Positions 1-9,464 of a stretch of 64,000 nucleotides of DNA are shown one piece after another. Every line of letters starts with the position of its first letter. Within the stretch, counting starts at the first letter, position 1. A program made the translations under genes and the position numbers. This DNA comes from Clostridiales bacterium. Its GTDB lineage: Bacteria; Bacillota; Clostridia; Lachnospirales; CAG-274. The notes below the pieces were generated by a model that had not been told where the DNA came from, ran no database searches, and worked only from the letters and a program-made list of their open reading frames with translations. Where the stretch lies: assembly GCA_018371275.1 (NCBI GenBank), contig JAHALF010000003.1, positions 97,455 through 161,454 of the forward strand. The letters run 5' to 3'.

Positions 1-38
1 AGCATATTATATAAAATAGCTTTGTTGGGGGTGTTTTT

Positions 39-710
39 TTGTTTTTTTCATTTTTTAGTTGTTTTTTTATGTTTTCTTGCATATCTGGGGGAAATACATT
101 TCCTAAACCTTTAACATCAGAAGAAGAAAAAGAATACTTAAAACAATATAGTGAAGGTAGCATAGAGGCTAAAAATATACTTATAGAAAGAAACTTAAGG
201 CTAGTAGCTCACATAGTAAAAAAATATACAAATTATCAAAAAGATAGTGAAGATTTAATATCTATAGGTACAATTGGGCTTATAAAGGCTATTACAACTT
301 TTAGAAATGATAAAGGTATAAAGCTTGCAACATATGCTGCTAGGTGTATAGAAAATGAAATATTAATGTATATAAGGACAAATAAGAAATACAATAGAGA
401 TGTATACTTACAAGATACTGTGGGGATAGATAAAGATGGAAATGAGGTAACGCTAGAGGACAAGATAGCCGATGAAGGTATGAGCATTGATGAGGAAGTT
501 GCCCTTAATATACAGAGCAAAACACTATATGAAAAAATTAAAAAAGTTTTAAAGGGAAGAGAGAAAAAAATAATAGAACTTAGATATGGGCTTGTAAATG
601 GAGAGGAACTTACACAAAAAGATATAGCTAAAATGCTTGGTATAAGTAGAAGTTATGTATCTAGAATAGAAAAAAAGGCACTTGAAAAACTTTATAAAGA
701 AATGGAATAA
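39..710 (+). CDS. sigK: RNA polymerase sporulation sigma factor pro-sigma-K, uninterrupted
   Basis: Translation FPKPLTSEEEKEYL...IERNLRLVAHIVKKY...ISRSYVSRIEKKALEKL matches SigK region 2/4 and its hydrophobic pro-sequence. TTG start at 39 is preceded by GGGGGTG (26-32). Confidence 0.85.
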   Translation: MFFSFFSCFFMFSCISGGNTFPKPLTSEEEKEYLKQYSEGSIEAKNILIERNLRLVAHIVKKYTNYQKDSEDLISIGTIGLIKAITTFRNDKGIKLATYAARCIENEILMYIRTNKKYNRDVYLQDTVGIDKDGNEVTLEDKIADEGMSIDEEVALNIQSKTLYEKIKKVLKGREKKIIELRYGLVNGEELTQKDIAKMLGISRSYVSRIEKKALEKLYKEME

Positions 711-834
711 TAAATAAGATTTTTACTAATTTATATTTAACTTTTTATAAAAAAGAAAAAAATAAAAGTTTTTAATTAAAAATTAAAACTATAAGGCTTA
801 AGCTTTATAGTTACATAAATTACCAACAAAGCTA

Positions 835-862
835 AGTCTCTTTATATAAAGAGACTATTTTT
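835..862 (+). terminator. Rho-independent terminator after sigK; a second hairpin at 789-810 serves the convergent aroG-like gene
   Basis: Perfect stem agtctcttt/aaagagact followed by ATTTTT. Upstream hairpin ctataaggc/gctttatag. Confidence 0.6.
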
Positions 863-909
863 ATATTATTTTGATTTATAAAGTTTTGATAATTACAAGT
901 GATAATTGA

Positions 910-1935
910 CTAAATATTATTAGCTAAATTAAATAATAACTCCTTTGTTGTTTCTATGCTTATACAAGGGTCTGTAATAGATTTTCCATAAGTTTTACCA
1001 GTAGGATCATTACCTTCTTTTATGTAGCTTTCTATCATAAAACCTTTAATAATATTTTTTAATTTATTATTTTTTGACATACTATTTAAAACATTGTTTA
1101 CTATTTCAGGCTGTTTATAAAATAATTTTCCAGAATTGGAATGATTAGTATCTATTATTATTGATTTATTAGATACATCTAAATTACTATATAGATTTTC
1201 AATATTTAAAAGATTTTCATAATGATAGTTAGAAAAATTATTGCCACATAAGTCTATACCACCACGTAAAATACTATGTGCAAAAGGGTTCCCAGTTGTA
1301 TCAACTTGGTATCCATCATATATAAAATTATGGCTTTTTTGTGCTGTATTCACAGCATTTAACATAACTGATATATCTCCACTCATAGGATTTTTCATAC
1401 CAACAGCACATTCTATACCACTTGCAATTAATCTATGATGTTGATTTTCTACACTTCTAGCTCCTATGGCTACATAGCTTAATAAATCTTCTATAAATGG
1501 ATATGTAGATGTATATAACATTTCATCAGCAATAGGAAAACCATAATCTTTTATTATTTTTATATCTAGTTTTCTTATAGCTATTATTCCTTCTTTCATA
1601 TTAGGCTCATTATTAATATTAGGTTGATGTATCATGCCTTTATACCCATCGCCAGTTGTTCTTGGTTTGCTAGTATATATTCTAGGAACAATAAAAAGTT
1701 TTTCTTTTACTTGTTCATTTATTTTATAAAGCATATCTAAATATTCACAAACAGATTTTTCACTATCAGCAGAACAAGGTCCTATTATTACTAACATTTT
1801 GTTAGATTTTGAGGATAGTATATTTTTAATTTGTTTATCATTTTCTTTTTTTATATTTTTTAATGTTTTATCTAAGGGTAATAAATCAAATATTTCTTCT
1901 TTGGTTGGTATTTTGCATATTTTCTTAAAGCTCAT
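910..1935 (-). CDS. 3-deoxy-7-phosphoheptulonate (DAHP) synthase, class I
   Basis: IIGPCSAD and KPRT motifs; 341 aa, typical AroG/AroF length. Confidence 0.8.
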   Translation of the reverse strand: MSFKKICKIPTKEEIFDLLPLDKTLKNIKKENDKQIKNILSSKSNKMLVIIGPCSADSEKSVCEYLDMLYKINEQVKEKLFIVPRIYTSKPRTTGDGYKGMIHQPNINNEPNMKEGIIAIRKLDIKIIKDYGFPIADEMLYTSTYPFIEDLLSYVAIGARSVENQHHRLIASGIECAVGMKNPMSGDISVMLNAVNTAQKSHNFIYDGYQVDTTGNPFAHSILRGGIDLCGNNFSNYHYENLLNIENLYSNLDVSNKSIIIDTNHSNSGKLFYKQPEIVNNVLNSMSKNNKLKNIIKGFMIESYIKEGNDPTGKTYGKSITDPCISIETTKELLFNLANNI

Positions 1936-1948
1936 ATTTTTCCTTTCT

Positions 1949-2497
1949 TTAGTATATATTTTTTTCTGTTATAACAATATTTACATTTTCATCATAATAG
2001 TCTTCTTTAAAATCAACTATAAATTCGTCAAAGCATATGCCAATAGATGCTAAAAATGTATTATTTTTTAAAAAATTATCATAATATCCACCACCATATC
2101 CTATTCTATATTTATTTTTATTATATACAAGCGCAGGAACTATTATAAGGGTTTCTTTATCACTATTTTTTTCTTCTTCATACAAAGGTTCTAAAATATT
2201 AAATTTATTTTTTATAAGATTTTGTTCATTATATTTTCTAAAAAGCATCTCTCTTTTATTTTTTGTTATAACAGGACAGTATATATTTTTATTATTACTA
2301 TGTGCATTTTCTATTATATATTTAGTATTTAATTCTTTTTCTTTGCTTAAATATATAAATATATTTTTGCATTTTTTATATTCAGTTAAATCAAATAATT
2401 TATAAGATATTATTTTGCTTATATTATTTATGTACTCATTAGAAAAATTATTTCTTATTTCCATATATTTATTTCTTATATTTTTTTTGTGACACAT
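1949..2497 (-). CDS. 5-formyltetrahydrofolate cyclo-ligase
   Basis: C-terminal GYGGGYYD motif; 182 aa. Confidence 0.7.
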   Translation of the reverse strand: MCHKKNIRNKYMEIRNNFSNEYINNISKIISYKLFDLTEYKKCKNIFIYLSKEKELNTKYIIENAHSNNKNIYCPVITKNKREMLFRKYNEQNLIKNKFNILEPLYEEEKNSDKETLIIVPALVYNKNKYRIGYGGGYYDNFLKNNTFLASIGICFDEFIVDFKEDYYDENVNIVITEKNIY

Positions 2498-2942
2498 TTT
2501 TAATTACACCTTTCAATATAAGTACAATAATAGTTACATTAGGGCTTATAAAAAACAATAAAATATAAAAAATAGTAGAGAATATAAAATATTTATTACT
2601 TTTATTTTTAGGGTTATTTTCAGACTTTAAAATAGGGGCAGGTTCAATATTTATTTCTTCACAGTTATCTATATTTTTATCGTTAGTATTTTTATCATAT
2701 TTAACTTGTTTATATTCATTTTTTTCATATTTTGAACCCGGTTTAATATTTTTAGTGTTATGTCTATTAATACTAATTTTATTATCTTTATAAATATTTT
2801 CAGATGGTTTGTTATCAATAAAATCAAATATATCAAATACACTTTTATTATTACTTTTTATATTATTTGTTTTTAACTTATAGCCACACATAACACAGTT
2901 ATCATCAGTTAAAAGACAGTTGCAAATAGGACAAATATCCAT
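2469..2942 (-). CDS. Zinc-ribbon domain membrane protein, hypothetical
   Basis: N-terminal CPICN...CVMCG double CxxC, Lys/Asn-rich linker, C-terminal hydrophobic helix. Overlaps the downstream gene by 29 nt. Confidence 0.5.
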   Translation of the reverse strand: MDICPICNCLLTDDNCVMCGYKLKTNNIKSNNKSVFDIFDFIDNKPSENIYKDNKISINRHNTKNIKPGSKYEKNEYKQVKYDKNTNDKNIDNCEEINIEPAPILKSENNPKNKSNKYFIFSTIFYILLFFISPNVTIIVLILKGVIKNVSQKKYKK

Positions 2943-3094
2943 AAAATCACCACACTTTATAAAGATTGTTATTGTTCAAGTTTATCAGAATATTTAGTTT
3001 TATTCAATAGTTAATATAAAATAATTATATCTTAATAATAGTAAATAATAAAAATACCCCTTTTTATTAAGAGGCATTTTTATTATTTATTTTA

Positions 3095-4999
3095 TTATAA
3101 ACTATTGTTTAATAACATTTCTAATATTTTATTACTTCTTTCTATAAAGTTAGTCATAGAGTTCATATCTAAATGTTTATGGCTCATTGTAGCTAAATCA
3201 TATATTTGATTGCAAATAATGTTAGTTTCTTCTTTTTTATTTTCATCATCTTTAACTTTTAAAAGAAGTTTAACAACATTATTATTGCCATTTAAAATTA
3301 AAGTTTCATCAGCTGGCATAGCACCAAAAGGCATATTCATACCATACATTTTAGCCATTTCTTCCATTCTTCTAGCTTGTTCGCTAAGTTGGATAACACC
3401 AGATATATCCGTAGCTTTAAGATTTTCTACTTTAATTTTAAGATTATCACCTTTATTAAGGTTATCTTTAAATAAAGTTTCTAAAGACTCATTAAGTTCT
3501 TTGTTTTCTTCTTTGGAGCTATCTTTTAATGTATCGGATAAATCGCTATCTATTCTAACAAAGCTAATACCTTGATTATACATTTCTAATGTAGACATAT
3601 AAGGATTATCTAATTTGGTATCTAATATAACAGCGTCCATATTGTTATCTTTAAACATTTTAATATATTGTGCTTGTTGATTTTCATCTGTAACATAAAA
3701 TACTTTGTTTTCGTGGTGTTCTTTATTTTGTTCTAAATATTCATTTAATGTTACATATTTATTATTAATAGTTTTAAATAATAAACTATCTTTTACTTTA
3801 TCATAAAAATCTTTTTCTCTAAGACAACCATATTTTATAAATTGGCTTATATCGTCCCAAAAGCCCTCAAATTGTTCACGTTGTTTTTTAAATAAGCTGT
3901 TTAGTTTATCTGCAACTTTTTTAGTAATATATTTACTCATTTTTGTAACATAGCCATCATTTTGTAAAAAGCTACGACTTACATTAAGTGGTAAATCTGG
4001 GCAGTCTAGTGTACCTTTTAAAAGAAGTAAAAATTCTGGAATAACTTCTTTTAAATTATCGGCTATAAATACTTGATTGTTATATAATTTAACTTGTCCT
4101 TCAATAGAATCTAACTCGTGTTTTAATTTTGGGAAATACAAAATACCTTTAAGTTTGAAAGGGTAGTCCATATTTAAATGTATCCAAAATAATGGTTCGT
4201 TAAAATCTGAAAATACTTGATGATAAAATTCTTTATATTCTTCATCAGTACATTCGTTAGGTTGTTTTAACCATAAAGGATTAGTTTTATTTATAGGAAG
4301 AGATTCTTTAATTTCATCTTCGTCTATTGTATCATTTTCATTTTCTTTTTCTGCCTCTTTTTTCATTTCTTCTAAGTCTTCAAAGAAAATTTCTATAGGC
4401 ATAAAGTAGCAATATTTATTTAATATTTCACGAAGTTTAAAAGCATTTAAAAAGTCTTTTCCTTCTTCTCCAACAAAAAGGGTAATAGTTGTACCACGTT
4501 CTGTTCTATCACTTTCTCCTATTTCATATTCTATACCACCATCGCATATCCATTTAGCAGGTGTTGCACCATCTTTATAAGAAAGTGTATCTATCATAAC
4601 CTTGTCTGCCACCATAAACGCAGAATAAAAACCAAGACCAAAATGTCCTATAATATCGCCATCATCTTCTAACTGGTCTTTATATTTATTAACAAAGTCA
4701 CTAGCACCAGAAAAAGCTATTTGTGTAATATATTCTTCTATTTCATCAGCAGTCATACCTATACCATTATCTATAATTTGTATAGTGTTATTTTCTTTAT
4801 CAAGTACAACTCTAATGCTAAATTTCTCATTATCATTAAGGTTAGCTTCGCCCATAGTTGATAATTTTTTTAATTTATTTATAGCATCACAACCATTAGA
4901 CACTAATTCTCTAATAAATATGTCAGAATCAGAATAAAGCCATTTTTTTATAATTGGTAAAATATTTTCGCTATTAATTGAAAGATTGCCTTTTTTCAT
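3095..4999 (-). CDS. htpG: Molecular chaperone HtpG (Hsp90)
   Basis: HATPase_c N-terminus (LVSNGCDA, IGHFGLGFYSAFMVADKV); 634 aa. Confidence 0.9.
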   Translation of the reverse strand: MKKGNLSINSENILPIIKKWLYSDSDIFIRELVSNGCDAINKLKKLSTMGEANLNDNEKFSIRVVLDKENNTIQIIDNGIGMTADEIEEYITQIAFSGASDFVNKYKDQLEDDGDIIGHFGLGFYSAFMVADKVMIDTLSYKDGATPAKWICDGGIEYEIGESDRTERGTTITLFVGEEGKDFLNAFKLREILNKYCYFMPIEIFFEDLEEMKKEAEKENENDTIDEDEIKESLPINKTNPLWLKQPNECTDEEYKEFYHQVFSDFNEPLFWIHLNMDYPFKLKGILYFPKLKHELDSIEGQVKLYNNQVFIADNLKEVIPEFLLLLKGTLDCPDLPLNVSRSFLQNDGYVTKMSKYITKKVADKLNSLFKKQREQFEGFWDDISQFIKYGCLREKDFYDKVKDSLLFKTINNKYVTLNEYLEQNKEHHENKVFYVTDENQQAQYIKMFKDNNMDAVILDTKLDNPYMSTLEMYNQGISFVRIDSDLSDTLKDSSKEENKELNESLETLFKDNLNKGDNLKIKVENLKATDISGVIQLSEQARRMEEMAKMYGMNMPFGAMPADETLILNGNNNVVKLLLKVKDDENKKEETNIICNQIYDLATMSHKHLDMNSMTNFIERSNKILEMLLNNSL

Positions 5000-5032
5000 T
5001 TTTATACCTCCTAAAAATTTTATATTAACTAT

Positions 5033-5061
5033 ATTTTAATATGATAAATGTCAAATGTCAA
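5033..5061 (-). promoter_or_regulatory. Sigma-A-type promoter for htpG (TTGACA-17-TAAAAT on the minus strand), with a second tandem TTGACA
   Basis: Reverse complement reads TTGACATTTGACATTTATCATATTAAAAT, about 30 nt upstream of the AGGAGG RBS. Confidence 0.5.
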
Positions 5062-5069
5062 GAAAAAAA

Positions 5070-5094
5070 TAGCACTCTTTTGAAAAGAGTGCTA
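5070..5094. promoter_or_regulatory. CIRCE-like perfect inverted repeat (TAGCACTC-N9-GAGTGCTA); also the terminator hairpin of the upstream flavoprotein gene
   Basis: tagcactc ttttgaaaa gagtgcta matches the HrcA operator consensus TTAGCACTC-N9-GAGTGCTAA. On the minus strand it is followed by T8 and sits 8 nt upstream of the htpG -35. Confidence 0.55.
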
Positions 5095-5100
5095 GCAAGA

Positions 5101-6687
5101 TTACAAACTATTAATAATAGCTTCTGCGCATTTTATACCATCGACACCAGCAGATACAATACCACCAGCATAACCACAACCTTCCCCACAAGGATAAAGT
5201 CCTTTATATTTTATAGATTGTAGTGTTTCTTTATCTCTAATAATTCTAATAGGGGAGGAGCTACGGCTTTCAACAGCAGTTAAAAGTCCATTTTCATCTC
5301 CAAAGCCTTTTATTTTTTTATCCATTTCTATAATACCAAGTTTTATAGATTCATATATAAAATTTGGAAATATATCTCTAAAATCCGAAGGAGTTACGCC
5401 TGGCATAAAAGTAGGCTCTATATTACCAATAGATGTTGATGGGACACATTTTAAAATATCTCCTATTTTTTGAACTGGTGCAAAATAGTTGCTACCACCT
5501 GCTATAAAGGCTTTTTGTTCAAGTTCTCTTTGAAAATCTATACCAGATAAAATATTATTAGCATCTAAATCATCTGGGTAAACTTCTATTAGTAATGCAC
5601 TATTTGCATTTTTTCCACCTCTATTAAAATAACTCATACCATTAGTAACAAGTCTATTTTTTTCAGAAGAAGAGTTTACAACATATCCTCCAGGACACAT
5701 ACAAAAAGTATAAGCACCACGATTATTAGGCAATCTTACAGACAATTTGTAATCAGCCGGTGGAAGATAACAAGCAAATTTACCATATTGAGCATTATTT
5801 ATAAAATCTTGATTATGTTCTATACGAACACCAACTGCAAAAGGCTTTTTTTCTATTGGGTGATTTTTATTGTTTATAAGCTCAAAAGTATCTCTAGCGC
5901 TATGTCCTATTGCTAATATTACTTTATCAGTATTAATATTAAATATTTTATTATTTTCTAAATTTTCAACACTAACACCTATTATATTGTTATCTTCTGT
6001 TAATAAATCTACCATTTTATGTTCAAATAAAATTAATCCACCTAAAGATATTATTTCTTCACGGATATTTTTAACCATTGTTATAAGTTTATCTGTACCT
6101 ATATGAGGCTTGGCAGTATATAATATTTCTTCTGGAGCAGATGCTTTAACAAACTCTTCTAGTAATACTCTACATCTATAATCTTTTATACCTGTTGTAA
6201 GCTTACCATCAGAAAATGTACCAGCCCCACCTTCTCCAAACTGTACATTAGAATTTTCATTTAATACACCAGTTTTCCAAAAGGTATCGATATCTTTTTT
6301 ACGTTTTTCTACACTTTTTCCACGTTCTATAACAATAGGTTTAAGCCCAGAGCGAGCAAGAATTAATGAAGCCATAAGACCAGCAGGTCCAAATCCTACA
6401 ACAACAGGATTTTTACTGCATTGTTTTTTAGGTATATTATATATAAATGGTTCTACCTTTGAAACATCTTTTATTTTTAAATATTTTTTTTCATCTTTTA
6501 TATCAATATCTACTGCAAGAACATAAAAACCACCTCGTTTTTCTCTTGCATCTATAGATTTTTTGGCTATTTTTAAATTTAAGATATTTTCAATATTTGT
6601 TTTTAATGTTTTACAAATAATAGATTTTAAATTATCTTGTGTTATTTCTTTTTCTAAAGGATACTTTATATTAGATATTCTTATCAT
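5101..6687 (-). CDS. Uncharacterized FAD-dependent dehydrogenase (COG2509-like)
   Basis: Rossmann GFGPAG motif and internal FAD-binding segments; 528 aa. Confidence 0.65.
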   Translation of the reverse strand: MIRISNIKYPLEKEITQDNLKSIICKTLKTNIENILNLKIAKKSIDAREKRGGFYVLAVDIDIKDEKKYLKIKDVSKVEPFIYNIPKKQCSKNPVVVGFGPAGLMASLILARSGLKPIVIERGKSVEKRKKDIDTFWKTGVLNENSNVQFGEGGAGTFSDGKLTTGIKDYRCRVLLEEFVKASAPEEILYTAKPHIGTDKLITMVKNIREEIISLGGLILFEHKMVDLLTEDNNIIGVSVENLENNKIFNINTDKVILAIGHSARDTFELINNKNHPIEKKPFAVGVRIEHNQDFINNAQYGKFACYLPPADYKLSVRLPNNRGAYTFCMCPGGYVVNSSSEKNRLVTNGMSYFNRGGKNANSALLIEVYPDDLDANNILSGIDFQRELEQKAFIAGGSNYFAPVQKIGDILKCVPSTSIGNIEPTFMPGVTPSDFRDIFPNFIYESIKLGIIEMDKKIKGFGDENGLLTAVESRSSSPIRIIRDKETLQSIKYKGLYPCGEGCGYAGGIVSAGVDGIKCAEAIINSL

Positions 6688-6699
6688 TTTTTTACCTTT

Positions 6700-7935
6700 C
6701 TAAATCATAGATTTTATACAGGCTTTTGTAGCAACATAAGATGAAGACCAAGCCCATTGAAGATTAAAACCACCACAATCTCCTAAAACGTCTAATATCT
6801 CACCAGCACAATATAGCCCTTTTATTATTTTAGATTCTAAAGTTTTATCATTAAATTCACTTGTTTTTAAACCACCAGCAGTAACTTGGGCATTGTTAAA
6901 GCCATTTGTATCTAATATTTCTAGTTTGTAGTTTTTTATTAGATTTGCCATATTTTTTAATATATCGTCTGTTAAATGTTTTACTAAAAAAGATAATTTT
7001 TCTATACCACTATTTTTAGCTATAATATTGCCTAAACGTTTATTTAAAAGTCCATTAAAATAGTTTTCCATATTTGTATAATTTAGTAGTTTTTTTCTAT
7101 CTTTTAATATATTAAATACTTCTTCTTCTGAAAAGCTAGACATAAAGTCTATGTATGCTATTAAGTTTTTATATCTAGCAAATAGTGTAGATAGCTGAAA
7201 AACAGGAGGACCAGATATACCATAATCTGTAAATAATATTTCTCCATAGTCTTCTTTTAAAAAGTTAGAACCATTATACATTTTTAGAGTACCAGTTATT
7301 TTTATACCTTTTAAAGATTTGACTTTTTCTGGGGGTGTTTTTAACTGTACTAGGGCAGGGGTAAGCTTTGTACAACTATGACCTAAAGACTTTAAAAGAT
7401 TTATACCACTACCATTAGATCCTAAGTTTTGACTAGACATACCACCAGTTGCAAAGATTATTTTATCGGCTATTATAGTTTCATTTTTTGTAGATATAAT
7501 TTTAAATTTATTATTTTTTTGGGTTATATTTTTTACATCAAATTCTGTTTTTATAGGCATATTTAAGTTATCTATTCTATTTCTTAAAGCATCTAATATA
7601 CTTGATGCTTGTTCGCTATATGGATAAACTTTCCCATTTTCTAAAACAGTATGTAGAACGCCTAAATTGTAAAAGAAGTCTATTGTATCTTGTGGAGAAA
7701 ATTGTTCTAAAAAATATTTAGTAAAAAATTTATCATCTCCATAAAAGTTTTCATATGTTGCATAAATATTTGTAAAATTACAGCGACCATTACCAGTTGC
7801 TAATATTTTTTTTCCAACTCTGTCCATTTTTTCTAATATTATTATATTTATAGAGCCTTTTGACATATTGTAGGCGTGTATAGCAGATGAAAGACCAACA
7901 GCTCCACCACCTACAATAGCTAATGTTTTTTTCAT
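6700..7935 (-). CDS. HI0933-family NAD(P)/FAD-dependent oxidoreductase (aminoacetone oxidase/BaiN-like)
   Basis: N-terminal IVGGGAVGL and TGNGRCN motifs, C-terminal GGL...AGE; 411 aa. Confidence 0.7.
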   Translation of the reverse strand: MKKTLAIVGGGAVGLSSAIHAYNMSKGSINIIILEKMDRVGKKILATGNGRCNFTNIYATYENFYGDDKFFTKYFLEQFSPQDTIDFFYNLGVLHTVLENGKVYPYSEQASSILDALRNRIDNLNMPIKTEFDVKNITQKNNKFKIISTKNETIIADKIIFATGGMSSQNLGSNGSGINLLKSLGHSCTKLTPALVQLKTPPEKVKSLKGIKITGTLKMYNGSNFLKEDYGEILFTDYGISGPPVFQLSTLFARYKNLIAYIDFMSSFSEEEVFNILKDRKKLLNYTNMENYFNGLLNKRLGNIIAKNSGIEKLSFLVKHLTDDILKNMANLIKNYKLEILDTNGFNNAQVTAGGLKTSEFNDKTLESKIIKGLYCAGEILDVLGDCGGFNLQWAWSSSYVATKACIKSMI

Positions 7936-8000
7936 TTTATCACCTTTAGTTTATATTTTTATTTTAAATATAGCCACTACAAAAGTAGTGGCTAAAGTTA

Positions 8001-9347
8001 TTAATTAGATGAGTTATCATCTGATATTTGGGTTGTATTTTCTTTTAATTTTTCATCTGTTCCAAGTACTATTGTTATGTCATATCCAAATTCTTGTGTT
8101 TTTTGAGGATTAACCATTATTTTTGAATTTGTAAAAAACTTTTGTAAATCATCGCCTTGACCAATAGTAGCTACATATATTTTAGTTTCTTCTGATTTAG
8201 CATCTTGGGAATCCCCAATATTTCCTATTATATATCCATTATCTTCTAAAAGCTCTTTAGTTTTACTAGCAAAGCCAGTTTTATAGCTACCGTTTAAAAT
8301 TTGTATAGATTTATCAAAGCTATCTTCATAAACGATATCTTCTGGGTTAATGGTAGGCTTTTTAAATATTTCATAAGCAAAATCTTTTACTTCTTGTTCA
8401 TCTACTATTACAAATGATACACCACTTATAGTTTCAGTTGTACAAGGAAGAGTATAAGTTTGAGTATTAGAAACATTAAGTTCTTTAATTTCTCCTACAT
8501 ATTTTAAAGCGTCTGTAACAGTAAAGTTTGTATCTATATATTGTGTTAATGTTGTAAAATATGCTTTAGGATTAGATATAATAGAGTCTAAACTAACAAC
8601 TTTTTCAAAGAATTTTTTCATAAAAGCTTGTTGAACCTCTACTCTTTTTAAGTCTCCTTGTGGATAGCTTCTAAAACGTAAAAGTTGTTCAGCTTTATCT
8701 CCATCTAAAAGCTGTACACCTGGCTTTAAGTTTATATATAAATCTTGAGTAGGGTCTGAATAATACATACTTTGAGGAACATCAAATTCTATACCACCAA
8801 CAGAATCTACTATATATCTAAATCCCTCAAAGTTAAAGTGGGCATAATAATCTATTTTTACATCAAGTAAATCTTCTAAATAAGTTTTTAAAAATTCTAT
8901 TCCTTGTTCTTTACCATAGTTAGGTATAGAGTTTATTTTTTTAAAAGATGGGTCATCATAAGCTATACTAGGTTCGTTTTGTACCATAACTTCCCACATG
9001 TCTGGAGGAATATTAACTTTTGTATCTCTAGGAATAGAAACAACAGATATTTGATTATTAACAGAATTATAATCGACAAGCATTATACCATCTGTTCTAC
9101 CTTCACCCTCATCTGTACAAGCTATAAGGGCTAATGTCCTTTCTGGTGCTTTAGGAGCAACTTTGTTTACAACTTTGTCTACAAAGCTATCATTACTACT
9201 AGGTTTATCAGTTATAAAGGCATATACAAAAAAGCATACAACACCTATAAAATATAACGTAAGGATAGAAAAAACTATTCTAAAAAATCTTTTAGCAAGG
9301 CTTTTTTTCTTTTTCCTTCTATTCCTTTTTTTTCTTTTATTTTGCAT
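8001..9347 (-). CDS. LytR-CpsA-Psr (LCP) family cell-wall polymer transferase
   Basis: Basic N-terminus plus TM helix, then the LCP core GRTDGIMLVDYN...VSIPRDT. Confidence 0.75.
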   Translation of the reverse strand: MQNKRKKRNRRKKKKSLAKRFFRIVFSILTLYFIGVVCFFVYAFITDKPSSNDSFVDKVVNKVAPKAPERTLALIACTDEGEGRTDGIMLVDYNSVNNQISVVSIPRDTKVNIPPDMWEVMVQNEPSIAYDDPSFKKINSIPNYGKEQGIEFLKTYLEDLLDVKIDYYAHFNFEGFRYIVDSVGGIEFDVPQSMYYSDPTQDLYINLKPGVQLLDGDKAEQLLRFRSYPQGDLKRVEVQQAFMKKFFEKVVSLDSIISNPKAYFTTLTQYIDTNFTVTDALKYVGEIKELNVSNTQTYTLPCTTETISGVSFVIVDEQEVKDFAYEIFKKPTINPEDIVYEDSFDKSIQILNGSYKTGFASKTKELLEDNGYIIGNIGDSQDAKSEETKIYVATIGQGDDLQKFFTNSKIMVNPQKTQEFGYDITIVLGTDEKLKENTTQISDDNSSN

Positions 9348-9464
9348 ATTTCCTCCTTAGTATACTTTTAGAAAAAATCTAAATAATAATAAAATAGCTA
9401 GATTTAATCTTTTAAAGTAGATATTTTATTATTTATATTTTGTATTAAATAATTGATAACTAAA

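Noticed and set aside
236-520. Antisense ORFs inside known genes (236-520, 1241-1438, 3210-3575, 5870-6106, 8904-9134, 14794-15162, 16049-16396, 20256-20687, 26984-27556, 32222-32521, 34201-34545, 38004-38294, 54054-54359, 57856-58086, 58345-58965 and others)
   Set aside because: Each lies entirely within, and antisense to, a well-supported homolog-bearing gene. They have low-complexity or hydrophobic translations typical of AT-rich antisense frames and no RBS.
39-710. Possibility that sigK is interrupted by a skin-like prophage element, as in B. subtilis and C. difficile
   Set aside because: The ORF encodes a complete pro-sigma-K (pro-sequence through region 4.2) in one frame. No recombinase or insertion is present.
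5070-5094. Treating the inverted repeat solely as a CIRCE element
   Set aside because: Not fully rejected. The hairpin plus T8 is also a textbook intrinsic terminator for the upstream gene, and it lies upstream of the htpG -35, not downstream of the promoter. It is reported as dual-interpretation.
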